61,520 bases of DNA from a virus (taxonomy: Duplodnaviria; Caudoviricetes). The position numbers and the translations under genes are program-made. The stretch covers positions 1 through 61,520 of IMG/VR virus record IMGVR_UViG_3300036398_003753. One strand, given 5' to 3'. Of this stretch, positions 1 through 9,358 are shown piece by piece. Below the pieces are notes generated by a model. That model was given only the letters and a program-made list of their open reading frames with translations. It was not told the DNA's origin and did no database searches. How positions within the stretch are numbered: the first letter of the stretch is position 1; each line of letters opens with the position of its first letter.

Positions 1-2
1 AA

Positions 3-392
3 GAACAGATCAGGCTGCCTGTGGTGCGCGTGGAGGGCAAGACCATCCCCATGATTCGCAAAGAGATGCCTTTGAAACCGGAGGACAACCGTGTCTGGAC
101 GAAAGCAGAGATCGACCAATTATTCCGTGAGGATGTCGCAACTTTTGAACGCGGTGTTCTACGACTTGTTCCCGGCTGTGTTGGCCGTCAAGGCAGCTTT
201 GACGCTCTGGTCTCTATATCCTTCAATTTCGGGTTAGGCAACCTCCAACGCAGCACCATCCGCATGAAAGCCAACCGAGGTGATTGGGAGGGCGCAGCCG
301 AAGCGTTCCGCGCTTGGACCAAGGGTGGTGGGAAAGTCTTGCCGGGTCTGGTCAAGCGCCGTGAGGCAGAGATTGCGCTGTTCCTGAGTTAA
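3..392 (+). CDS. Endolysin, phage lysozyme (GH24/RrrD-like), 5'-truncated by window edge
   Basis: FDALVSISFNFGLGNLQRST...GLVKRREAEIALF is a typical GH24 C-terminus; the frame is open back to base 3 and the catalytic N-terminus is missing. Confidence 0.9.
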   Translation, partial: EQIRLPVVRVEGKTIPMIRKEMPLKPEDNRVWTKAEIDQLFREDVATFERGVLRLVPGCVGRQGSFDALVSISFNFGLGNLQRSTIRMKANRGDWEGAAEAFRAWTKGGGKVLPGLVKRREAEIALFLS

Positions 393-423
393 GTGCGAAA
401 ATGCCAAAAAACTGAGGTAAACG

Positions 424-2367
424 ATGCCCTTACAGAAACTGCAACTGCGCCCCGGTGTAAACCGAGAATCGACGACACTGGCCAATGAAGGCACTTGGTT
501 CGAGATGGACAAGGTGCGCTTTCGCTCGGGTTACCCCGAGAAGCTGGGCGGTTGGACAAGAGACATTGGTGCACCTCTGACCGGGCTGCTGCCACCGACA
601 GGGTCGTACTGGGGCGTGGCGCGGTCCCTGTGGAACTGGGTCACGCTGGCCGGGTATAACCTGATGGGCGTAGGCACCAACCTGAAATACTACATCCAAT
701 CTTCGGTTGACGGCGTTTTTTACGACATCACCCCGCTCCGCGATACGGCCACCGTGGCTTCCAACGCATTCACCACGGTCAACGGCTCTACCACGGTTAC
801 GGTAAACGACACAAGCCATGGCGCTGTCACAGGTGACTTTGTAACCATCTCAGGCGTGGCCGGGGCGATCAACGGCATCCCTGCAACCGCGCTGAATAAA
901 GAGTTTCGGGTGACTGCGCTAAACGTCAACACCTACACCATCGTTGTTTCGTCGCCCGCAACATCCTCGGGCACCACAGGCTCCGCCACTTTTGCTTATC
1001 AAATCCCGATCGGCCCTGAAATCTTTTCAGTAGCCACAGGGTGGAGTGCAGGCGGCTGGGGCGGTGTGACCGGGTTTGCTGCTCCGACAGGCTGGGGTGA
1101 ATCGGCGGCCAGTGGGTTTGCCAATCAAATCCGCCTGTGGACTCAGGACAACTACGGCGAAGACTTGGTGCTGAACCCCCGAGGGGGCGGCCTGTATTTG
1201 TGGAAAGTAAACAGCGCCAACCCCCTGATCTATAACCGTGCCGAGCTGCTGTCTCCCACGAGCCCTGCGCCCTACACCACCGATACCGATTGCCCTACCA
1301 TTGCCAATGCAGTGGCCATATCTGACGCCTCACGTTTTGTAATTGCTTTTGGCTGTAACGACTATGGCTCGGCCGTACAAGACCCCTTGCTTATTCGGTG
1401 GTCTGATCAGGAAAACTATGCCCTGTGGTCCCCGTCAGCGACGAATCAGGCAGGTAGTTTCCGCCTAAGCACAGGCTCGTCCATCGTGGCACACCAGCAG
1501 ACTCGTCAAGAGATTTTGGTTTGGACCGACGCTGGGGTGTATTCCATGCAGTACCTCGGACCTCCGTTCGTTTGGGGCTTCCAAATCCTGGGCGAAAACA
1601 CGTCGATTGCCGGGCCTAATGCCACTGCAACAGCATCCAACGTGGTGTACTGGATGGGCTACGACAAGTTCTACATGTACTCCGGCCGGGTGGAGACGTT
1701 GTACTGCCCACTGCGCCAGTACATCTTTGGCGACATCAATCTGCAGCAGCAGTACCAATTCTTTGCAGGCACCAACGAAGGCTACAACGAAATTTGGTGG
1801 TTCTATTGTTCGGCCAACTCCACGGTGGTTGACCGCTACGTCATCTACAACCACTTGGAAAAAATCTGGTCTTACGGAAATCTTTCACGCACCGCTTGGT
1901 TGGATACCCCACTGCGCGAGCACCCTGTTGCCGCAGGATACAACGGCCAGTTGATTTATCACGAAGACGGCGTTGACGACGGGACAACAACCCCGCCAAG
2001 CCCAATCTCTTCCTTCTGCCAGTCTGCCGACATAAACATCGGGGATGGGCACAACTATGGTTTTGTGTGGCGGATGATCCCAGACGTTACGTTTGACGGC
2101 TCAACGGTCAACACGCCAGAAGTGACTATGACGCTCAAGCCACGCCAAAACCCTGGTTCAAATTATGGTGTGGCATCGTCTCCCGAGGTGGTCAGCACGC
2201 AGAACTACCAGGACCAGCGTAACTACACGGTGCAGCAGTTCACCCAAATTGTGTACGTCCGAGTTCGGGGCCGTCAGATGGCCTTCCGTATCAGCTCGGA
2301 GGGCTTAGGTGTGCAGTGGCAACTGGGTGTGCCTTCGCTTGACATCAAGCCGGATGGCCGGAGATAA
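424..2367 (+). CDS. Tail/head-closure structural protein (P22 gp10 / tail tubular B-like) with a small beta-rich insertion
   Basis: 647 aa; DPLLIRWSDQE, EIWWFY and RVRGRQ motifs typical of podovirus stabilisation proteins; HGAVTGDFVTISG insertion. Confidence 0.7.
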   Translation: MPLQKLQLRPGVNRESTTLANEGTWFEMDKVRFRSGYPEKLGGWTRDIGAPLTGLLPPTGSYWGVARSLWNWVTLAGYNLMGVGTNLKYYIQSSVDGVFYDITPLRDTATVASNAFTTVNGSTTVTVNDTSHGAVTGDFVTISGVAGAINGIPATALNKEFRVTALNVNTYTIVVSSPATSSGTTGSATFAYQIPIGPEIFSVATGWSAGGWGGVTGFAAPTGWGESAASGFANQIRLWTQDNYGEDLVLNPRGGGLYLWKVNSANPLIYNRAELLSPTSPAPYTTDTDCPTIANAVAISDASRFVIAFGCNDYGSAVQDPLLIRWSDQENYALWSPSATNQAGSFRLSTGSSIVAHQQTRQEILVWTDAGVYSMQYLGPPFVWGFQILGENTSIAGPNATATASNVVYWMGYDKFYMYSGRVETLYCPLRQYIFGDINLQQQYQFFAGTNEGYNEIWWFYCSANSTVVDRYVIYNHLEKIWSYGNLSRTAWLDTPLREHPVAAGYNGQLIYHEDGVDDGTTTPPSPISSFCQSADINIGDGHNYGFVWRMIPDVTFDGSTVNTPEVTMTLKPRQNPGSNYGVASSPEVVSTQNYQDQRNYTVQQFTQIVYVRVRGRQMAFRISSEGLGVQWQLGVPSLDIKPDGRR

Positions 2368-2369
2368 GC

Positions 2370-3755
2370 ATGACCCTGATCGTCACTTCTCAGTTTGAGT
2401 TGAACCGGGTCACAGCGCCGCGCCTGCCTTCCGCACCGCTGCAGTACGACAAGCAGTTTCACGACCAGCACAGCGATGTGCTGCGTCTGTACTTCAACCG
2501 ACTCGACAACATTCTGGGTCAACTGGTGGCTTCTATGGAAACAATCCCGGTATCAATTGGCGGTACGAACGTCGATGCGTTTAACCGACTGCGGGTCAGC
2601 AACCCCTTGACCCTGTTCGATTCCTCCCACCGCTATGCGGACAACAACCTGTGGGCCAACAGCATCACCGGCACTGCAGCAGCCACGTTCAGCGCAGATG
2701 AGGGCTTGGTCAACCTGACTGTGGGCTCGGCCAGTGGCGATCAGATCATCCGCGAGACCATCAAAGTCTTTTCGTACCAGCCGGGTAAAAGTCTGTTGGT
2801 GATGAACACCTTTGTGTTTGGCACGGCCAAGGCCAACCTGCGCCAGCGTGCGGGCTACTACGGCGCTGCCAACGGCATTTACTTTGAGCGTGACGGCACA
2901 ATCAACTACATGGTCGAGCGCAGCAGCGTGACGGGCTCGGTGGTCAATACCCGTGTGGCGCAGGCTAACTGGAACCAAGACCCCATGGACGGCACTGGGC
3001 CATCGGGCCTGACGCTGGATTCTTCCAAGGCGCAGATTCTGTACATGGACATTGAGTGGTTGGGTCTTGGTACGGTGCGTACCGGGTTCATCATCAACGG
3101 GGCGTTTGTGCCGTGCCACAACTTTGACCACGCCAACCTCGTCAATACCACCTATATCACCACCGCCTCCCTGCCCCTGCGGTACGAAATGACCAATACG
3201 GCAGCCACTTCCGGGGCCAGTACCCTTAAGCAGGTCTGCTCGACGGTAATTTCCGAGGGCGGCTACGAACTGCGCGGCGCTCAACTGACTGCGGGCACCC
3301 CTGTCACAACCCCCAAAACGCTGACCACTGCCGGGACGTTGTACCCCGTCGCATCATTCCGCCTAAAAGCTACCCGGTTGGACGCAATCGTCATCCTGAC
3401 GGCCATATCCATCTTGGGGGTTACCAACAACGCAAACTATCAGTGGTCCGTGGTTGCCTCGGGCACCACTACCGGCGGCACTTGGGTGAGCGCAGGCACG
3501 AACTCGGCGGTGGAGTACAACATCACCGGGACCGCATTCACTGTGGGTACTGGTCGAATTCTGGCGACAGGCTTTTTCCAAGGCTCTAACCAAGGCTCCA
3601 GCAGCGTGGACATTCTTAAAGAGGCGCTGTTCACCACCCAGCTTGAGCGCGACCCATTCGTCCCCACCCCATTTGAGATTTCACTGGTTTGCACGGCCTC
3701 ATCCAACGGCGATCAGGTTCTCGGTTCTGTGGACTGGGAAGAGGTCAGCCGCTGA
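2370..3755 (+). CDS. Virion structural protein
   Basis: 461 aa, beta-rich; N-terminal LPSAP...LRLYFNRLD segment; follows the tail gene. Confidence 0.55.
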   Translation: MTLIVTSQFELNRVTAPRLPSAPLQYDKQFHDQHSDVLRLYFNRLDNILGQLVASMETIPVSIGGTNVDAFNRLRVSNPLTLFDSSHRYADNNLWANSITGTAAATFSADEGLVNLTVGSASGDQIIRETIKVFSYQPGKSLLVMNTFVFGTAKANLRQRAGYYGAANGIYFERDGTINYMVERSSVTGSVVNTRVAQANWNQDPMDGTGPSGLTLDSSKAQILYMDIEWLGLGTVRTGFIINGAFVPCHNFDHANLVNTTYITTASLPLRYEMTNTAATSGASTLKQVCSTVISEGGYELRGAQLTAGTPVTTPKTLTTAGTLYPVASFRLKATRLDAIVILTAISILGVTNNANYQWSVVASGTTTGGTWVSAGTNSAVEYNITGTAFTVGTGRILATGFFQGSNQGSSSVDILKEALFTTQLERDPFVPTPFEISLVCTASSNGDQVLGSVDWEEVSR

Positions 3756-3826
3756 TTGCCTATAAGAGCCCCACATGATACGATTTCAACAATACATACC
3801 TGCTGGCCACAGCGTAAGGAAAAACC

Positions 3827-5878
3827 ATGGTAAATGAACAAATGGGCGCATCAGCCGCGGCCCTGTCCCCAGAGGACATGGCAGTCTATGACCAGATGCG
3901 TCAGCAGATTTCCCCTCAGGAATTTTCCAACGAAATGCTGGCAGGGGCATCTCAGATAGATCCTCAGGCGGTGGCCGAGTTCACGCAAGAGCTCCAGGAA
4001 GCGGATATTTCCCCCGAAGAGCTGGAATCGCTGAACAATGTAGTTGATGAGATCCTGGCCAACCCAGAGCAGTACGAGCAGATTCGCCAGCGGTACGTGG
4101 ACCAGGGCTTGGAAGAGGAGCTGCTGCCTGAGCAGTTTGACCCTTACTTCTTCTCTGCCTTGAACATGGCCGTGGACCAGCTGATTGCAGAGCCTGCCGG
4201 GGTGCAGGCCTTTGCTAAGGGTGGTATTGCCGAGCTCAAGCCGATCGCCAAAGCAATTGCCAGTTATGGTCGTAATGGCGACACCATGCTGGCGCACATT
4301 ACTCCTGCCGAAGCCCGGATGCTCAAGCGTCGCGGAGGCTCGGGCACCATCAACCCAGACACTGGCCTGCCTGAGTTCTTCAAAAAGGCCTTTAAGAAAA
4401 TTGCCAAGGCAGTCAAGAAATTTGCCAACAGCACCGTGGGCAAAGTTATTACGACCGTGGCCCTGGGCTTCTTCCTTGGCCCAGCGGCAGCAAGCCTGCT
4501 GGGGGCCACCTCCGCAGCAGGCGTGGCCGCGGTCAGTGGTTTTGTAGGCTCCGCGGGTTCCACGCTCCTGGGCGGAGGCAACCTGCGGGATGCTTTGAAA
4601 GCAGGTGCAATCGGAGGCCTGACCGCTGGCGCGGGCGCAGCTGTTGCAGGCGGCGCAGGTGCTTTCCAGGCAGGTAGCGCTTCCACCGCAGGTCTGACTC
4701 CTACTCAAGCACTTCAACGGCAGGTTGAAACTTTTAAAGGCGTCACCGGCATAGGTGCCGCCCCTGTTGTGGGTGGCCCTGCGCCAGTGCCTGGGGCAGG
4801 TGCAGTAGGTCAAGCCCCTGTGCCGGGGGCTGACGTCACTGTTGGTGGCCCAATCGTCGACGGGCCCAATTTGTCACAGACCGGGCAGAATCTTTTTGAC
4901 TCTCCCGCCGCTCCGACGGCAGCTCCTGCAGCTGCCCCAACTGCGCTGGACGCAACGGCAGCGCCAGGAGCTTTGGCTAAAGCGCCTCCACCTCCTCCTG
5001 CGGACTCCTTTATGGACCGGAGCCTGAACTGGGCTAAACAAAACATTTCTCCTTCTGGCATTCGAGAGCAGGCAATTCCTGGAGCACAGCAAGCGGGATC
5101 GGACGCCATTACAAAACTCATGGCCCGCGTTCCAGATGCCACTCCCGCTATGAAAGAGGCGGCATACCAGTCCGCGTTTAAGGCAGCGATGCCGGGAGTG
5201 GTTGGTACCTACGGCCCCGCAGTCGGAGCAGGCTTGGGTATCATGGGCCTGACCGGAGGCTTTCAAACCAAGCAGCCAGAGCTGTCGCCCACGGCCCAAG
5301 CCTTGTTGGATCGTGACAAGGACCGTGTAAAGATTGAAGATCGCCCCGACCTGTTCTACGTACAGGGCCTGCCCGGGGTGAGTTACGACGAACGTGGAAG
5401 GATTACCGGATCCACGTCCTGGTCGCCGTCCGCCACCATGGCCGATGTCCGCGTGCCTTCACGCTCGATGGGCGAAGAGACTTCTTTTGGCATGGGCCCC
5501 TCCCCCTTCCAAGCACCTCCTATGTACAACCCCGGAGCTGGGGTAATGGGCCTTTCGCCGCAGATCCTGCAGCCATACAACACCCCTTCGATGTATGCCA
5601 ACGCGCTGCAGCCCCGTCGATTTGCCGATGGTGGCGGAGTGAGTTACCCCATGGCCGGTATTGCTTCTTTGGCCCAGGGCGGGTATCCTCGCCGTACAGG
5701 ACAAATCAGCGGCCCGGGGACCGAAAAGTCCGATTCAATCCCTGCCATGCTCTCTGACGGAGAGTTCGTCATGACAGCCAAGGCGGTCCGTGGCGCAGGC
5801 AAAGGCAGCCGGAGAGCCGGAGCCAAAAAAATGTACGAGTTAATGCATCAACTCGAGCGCAACGCATCCAGGGGATAA
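3827..5878 (+). CDS. Internal virion (ejection) protein
   Basis: GRNGDTMLAHI...GTINPDTGLPEF and GPGTEKSDSIPAMLSDGEFV motifs; Gly/Ala-rich hydrophobic segment; AAGGA RBS. Confidence 0.6.
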   Translation: MVNEQMGASAAALSPEDMAVYDQMRQQISPQEFSNEMLAGASQIDPQAVAEFTQELQEADISPEELESLNNVVDEILANPEQYEQIRQRYVDQGLEEELLPEQFDPYFFSALNMAVDQLIAEPAGVQAFAKGGIAELKPIAKAIASYGRNGDTMLAHITPAEARMLKRRGGSGTINPDTGLPEFFKKAFKKIAKAVKKFANSTVGKVITTVALGFFLGPAAASLLGATSAAGVAAVSGFVGSAGSTLLGGGNLRDALKAGAIGGLTAGAGAAVAGGAGAFQAGSASTAGLTPTQALQRQVETFKGVTGIGAAPVVGGPAPVPGAGAVGQAPVPGADVTVGGPIVDGPNLSQTGQNLFDSPAAPTAAPAAAPTALDATAAPGALAKAPPPPPADSFMDRSLNWAKQNISPSGIREQAIPGAQQAGSDAITKLMARVPDATPAMKEAAYQSAFKAAMPGVVGTYGPAVGAGLGIMGLTGGFQTKQPELSPTAQALLDRDKDRVKIEDRPDLFYVQGLPGVSYDERGRITGSTSWSPSATMADVRVPSRSMGEETSFGMGPSPFQAPPMYNPGAGVMGLSPQILQPYNTPSMYANALQPRRFADGGGVSYPMAGIASLAQGGYPRRTGQISGPGTEKSDSIPAMLSDGEFVMTAKAVRGAGKGSRRAGAKKMYELMHQLERNASRG

Positions 5879-5881
5879 ACA

Positions 5882-6946
5882 ATGTCAACAGTTCAGGAAA
5901 CCGTATCCCGCGAAGCAAAACCCATTGAGGACCTGCGTCTTGCGCTGATGCAGTCAGCGCAGTCCCTTGGCCCCGCCACCTTGCCCGCGTACCAAGTCGC
6001 GGGCATGGATCGCAACCAACTGGACGCGATAGCTGCGGGCCGTGCAGGAATTGGAGCATATGCTCCTTACTTGCAAAGTGGTGCTACCTCCGTAGGCAGG
6101 GGTGCGAGCACGCTCGGAGAAGCTGCCGATGTGTTGCGTGGTGCGGACACTCGCGGTCAGTTTCAGGCAGCGCAGCGCGCCACCGATCTTGCCGCAGCAG
6201 GCATCATGCAAAACGCCAATCCGATTGGCCAGCAGCAGATCCAACAGTACATGAACCCCTTCCTTAATCTGGCACTGGGGCAGCAACTGCAGGAGATGAA
6301 TCGTCAGGGACAGATCCAGCAGCAGGGCTTGAATGCTCAGGCTGTTCGCTCGGGCGCTTTTGGTGGATCTCGCCAAGCAGTTGCTCAGCAAGAGCTGAAC
6401 CGCAACCTGATGCAGACACAGAACCAGGCAATTGCTCAGGCTTTGCAAGGCGGCTATGGACAAGCGCTGTCCACGGCGCAGCAACAGCAGCAGGCAGGTC
6501 TTGGAGCATACGGCCAGCTGGCAAACATTGGACAAGGCATCGGCAGTCTTGCTGGTCAACAGTTTGGTATTGGCCAAAACATGGCACAGGGTCTTGGAAG
6601 CCTGGGCACACAGATGGGCAACATTGGTGTACAGCAGGCTGGTCTTGGCCAGCAGGCCCAGGCCATGGGCCAACAGGACGTCAACTTCTTGTACAACCTC
6701 GGCGCACAGCAGCAACGTCAGAGCCAAGCAGAGATTGATGCGCTTCGCACCACTCGGGCACAAGAGGCCTTGGCTCCGCAGCAGCGTCTGGCGTTCATCT
6801 CCGACATTTACAGGGGCGCGCCTTCTACGCAGATGTCCATTTCGCAGCAACAACAAGCAGCTCCAAGCCCATTCCAGCAGATCGCAGGCTTGGGCATAGC
6901 CGGGGTGAGCGCGGCAGCTGCCGGATCTCGGGCAGGCGTTCTTTAA
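5882..6946 (+). CDS. Gln/Gly-rich internal virion (DNA pilot-like) protein
   Basis: YMNPF, GAFGGSRQAV motifs; hydrophobic C-terminus SPFQQIAGLG. Confidence 0.6.
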   Translation: MSTVQETVSREAKPIEDLRLALMQSAQSLGPATLPAYQVAGMDRNQLDAIAAGRAGIGAYAPYLQSGATSVGRGASTLGEAADVLRGADTRGQFQAAQRATDLAAAGIMQNANPIGQQQIQQYMNPFLNLALGQQLQEMNRQGQIQQQGLNAQAVRSGAFGGSRQAVAQQELNRNLMQTQNQAIAQALQGGYGQALSTAQQQQQAGLGAYGQLANIGQGIGSLAGQQFGIGQNMAQGLGSLGTQMGNIGVQQAGLGQQAQAMGQQDVNFLYNLGAQQQRQSQAEIDALRTTRAQEALAPQQRLAFISDIYRGAPSTQMSISQQQQAAPSPFQQIAGLGIAGVSAAAAGSRAGVL

Positions 6947-6955
6947 GGAAGAAAC

Positions 6956-9358
6956 ATGAAAGAAGAAATCCTCAAGCGGGCCATGTTCGCGATGCCCTTG
7001 TCCAAGGAGTCTAAAAACTCGGGCATCATGTCCGGGTTTGATCTGGATGAAATGGAAGACCAGGACGAGAACGCTGACATGGAGGAAATGCCCCCAATGG
7101 CGCGCACGCCTCAGAACCCTGAAATTCTGATGAACACCCTGCGCGGGGATATGCGTTCGGTGGATGCCCGCTACATGGAGCTGGCCCAGATGGTTGGCGA
7201 AGAAGCCGCCATGGAGACACCGCCAGAAGTGCTGGCCATGCTGATGGGCCAAATGGGTGCCCAGCAGGGCGGTATCGGCGCGTTGCCCCAAGGCCAAGAG
7301 ATGATGCCTCCTGGCGCAGGCATGCTTCCACCTGATCAGATGGGTGCCCCTCAACCAGCTCCGGCCATGCCTCAGGGTGGTATCCCCATGCCTCAGGGCA
7401 TGGAGAGTGCACCCCCTTTTTCCCAGGGGGCTGAGGCCCCGCAAGGTTTTGCATACGGCGGCGAAGTAGAAGCTCCGCCCACGCCCGACGGCATGCCTCC
7501 GATGTATGCCGCCGTTGGTGCGTTTATCAACCCCGCGACGCGCGCTGCGCAGTTCTTGGGTGACAAGGCCAGTCAATACGGCTCTGCTGCCAACGCAGCT
7601 TTGGGCCGCATGTTCATGACGCCCCAAGGCATCTCCCAGCCCTATCTGGAAAATGTCCGTGGTCCGGGCGGCAGGTACACCGCTGAGCAAATAGCTCGCG
7701 GCGGAGATTTGCTGCAGCCTACCTTTACACAGGGCATCAGGGAAGGCGTGACGCGGCTCGCGGAGCAATATCCTCGCGCCGCGCAGATGGCGCTGCCCGT
7801 TGCTGGCGCACTGGGTATCGCTGCAGCGCCCAAAGGCGGGGCCCCTGGCTCCGGCGGCAGTTCCATGATGGACCAGATTCCTCGAGACACTCGGGAAGAA
7901 TTGATTGCTGCAGGCCAGCTTCCGACTACCATAAAAATGGACATGAGCACCATGACGCAGCAGCGTCCTGGTCAGCCCGCCACGCCAATTCCTGCGGTAC
8001 GCCCTCCTGTGGAGCCCTCGGCTGCAACTGCGGCTGCCGCTGCGACCGAGCCTACCCCTGCAACAGACGACCTGGGCGCATTTATCACCGAGAAGCTGAG
8101 TGCCTTTGACAAGCGTCAAAAGGATACTGGCGTGGCCGATGCCATCAAGGAACCGACCAAGGAAAAGAGCAAGGTCGATCGCATCCGCGAGGCACGGGCC
8201 GAGTACGAACCCCTGTTTAAAGAGATCCTGGGCGACGACAAGGAGTCGGCCAAGATCAACGCCCTGTTGCTGTTGTCCGAAGCTGGCCTGAAACTGGCCG
8301 GGACCCGCAAGCCTACCTTTGCAATGGCTCTGGCCGATGCTGCTTCTGGTCTGCCCCGCGGCTTTGCTGCGATCGCTGCACAAGAGCGCGAGCTCGGTGT
8401 CAAGGGCAAGATGGCTGCGCTCCAGCAGGCCATTGGCGATGTGGAAGCGCAAGATAAGTACGCCCAGTCCGTTCAATTGCAGATGCTCAAGGGCGACTAC
8501 GAGCTGCTCAAAGAGCAGGCCAAGAAGGGCGGCCAGGTGACCGAGGACGGCGGAGCAGGTCTGCGCGTGGTCAAGACCAAGGACGGTTCGTTTGTGGGCA
8601 CTGGCATTGTGGCCGACGACCCAACCGTTAAATCTGCTGTTGGCAGCCGATTTACGCTGCGCGATACGGACAACCCGTTTGTTCAAAATCGCGGCCCGGC
8701 TCCAACTTCGATCGAGACAGACAAGGGCGAACGCATCAAGCTCACCAACACGCTGCGCTCTCTGGACAACAGCCTGTCCACGCTGGATAACCTCAAGAGC
8801 GTCTACACCAGTGCCTATGGCCCCGGAGCGTGGTTCGCGGACAAGGTCAACAACCTGCTGGTTCCCGTTGACCCAACCGGCTTGGTCAGGCCAAACTTCG
8901 ACGTGGCCGATGCCTCTACTCGCATCAGCACTGGCATGAACTCCATCTTGAAGAACATCGCTTCGGCCAACGACGGTGGCCGTGTCGCGGTGCAGGAACA
9001 AGAGTGGGCACGTGAGACCGCCAAAGGGGTGTCCGATCCAACCAAGTTCTTCGCGGACAAAGAGATTGCGGCCAAGCAATTCGGCAGCCTGGAGGCCATG
9101 CTGCGCAATAGCCGCCAGCAGGTACTCACGCAGTTGGGCTACGAGGGCAATGATTACGTCATGAACACGCCCAATATCGGCACAAAGAATGACCCCTTCG
9201 TCATTCCTTCTGACCCGACCCAGCAGAAGACAATGTTCACCTTCTTGGGCAGCACGATCGGCAAGCTCCAAGACCCGCGGGCCGTGGTCCACGTTCGCAT
9301 GCCCAATGGTACAGTTCAGCAATTCAATCCAACTCAACTGCGAGCTCTGAACCAATAA
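6956..9358 (+). CDS. Large internal virion protein
   Basis: 800 aa, RBS AAGGAAG, lies among ejection-protein genes. Confidence 0.55.
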   Translation: MKEEILKRAMFAMPLSKESKNSGIMSGFDLDEMEDQDENADMEEMPPMARTPQNPEILMNTLRGDMRSVDARYMELAQMVGEEAAMETPPEVLAMLMGQMGAQQGGIGALPQGQEMMPPGAGMLPPDQMGAPQPAPAMPQGGIPMPQGMESAPPFSQGAEAPQGFAYGGEVEAPPTPDGMPPMYAAVGAFINPATRAAQFLGDKASQYGSAANAALGRMFMTPQGISQPYLENVRGPGGRYTAEQIARGGDLLQPTFTQGIREGVTRLAEQYPRAAQMALPVAGALGIAAAPKGGAPGSGGSSMMDQIPRDTREELIAAGQLPTTIKMDMSTMTQQRPGQPATPIPAVRPPVEPSAATAAAAATEPTPATDDLGAFITEKLSAFDKRQKDTGVADAIKEPTKEKSKVDRIREARAEYEPLFKEILGDDKESAKINALLLLSEAGLKLAGTRKPTFAMALADAASGLPRGFAAIAAQERELGVKGKMAALQQAIGDVEAQDKYAQSVQLQMLKGDYELLKEQAKKGGQVTEDGGAGLRVVKTKDGSFVGTGIVADDPTVKSAVGSRFTLRDTDNPFVQNRGPAPTSIETDKGERIKLTNTLRSLDNSLSTLDNLKSVYTSAYGPGAWFADKVNNLLVPVDPTGLVRPNFDVADASTRISTGMNSILKNIASANDGGRVAVQEQEWARETAKGVSDPTKFFADKEIAAKQFGSLEAMLRNSRQQVLTQLGYEGNDYVMNTPNIGTKNDPFVIPSDPTQQKTMFTFLGSTIGKLQDPRAVVHVRMPNGTVQQFNPTQLRALNQ

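Noticed and set aside
5901-5918. TVSRE peptide suggesting a third parS
   Set aside because: DNA is CGTATCCCGCGAAGCA, with several mismatches and not palindromic
5954-9355. 1133-aa minus-strand ORF
   Set aside because: In-register antisense shadow of two same-frame plus-strand genes that avoid TTA, CTA and TCA codons; no recognisable motifs
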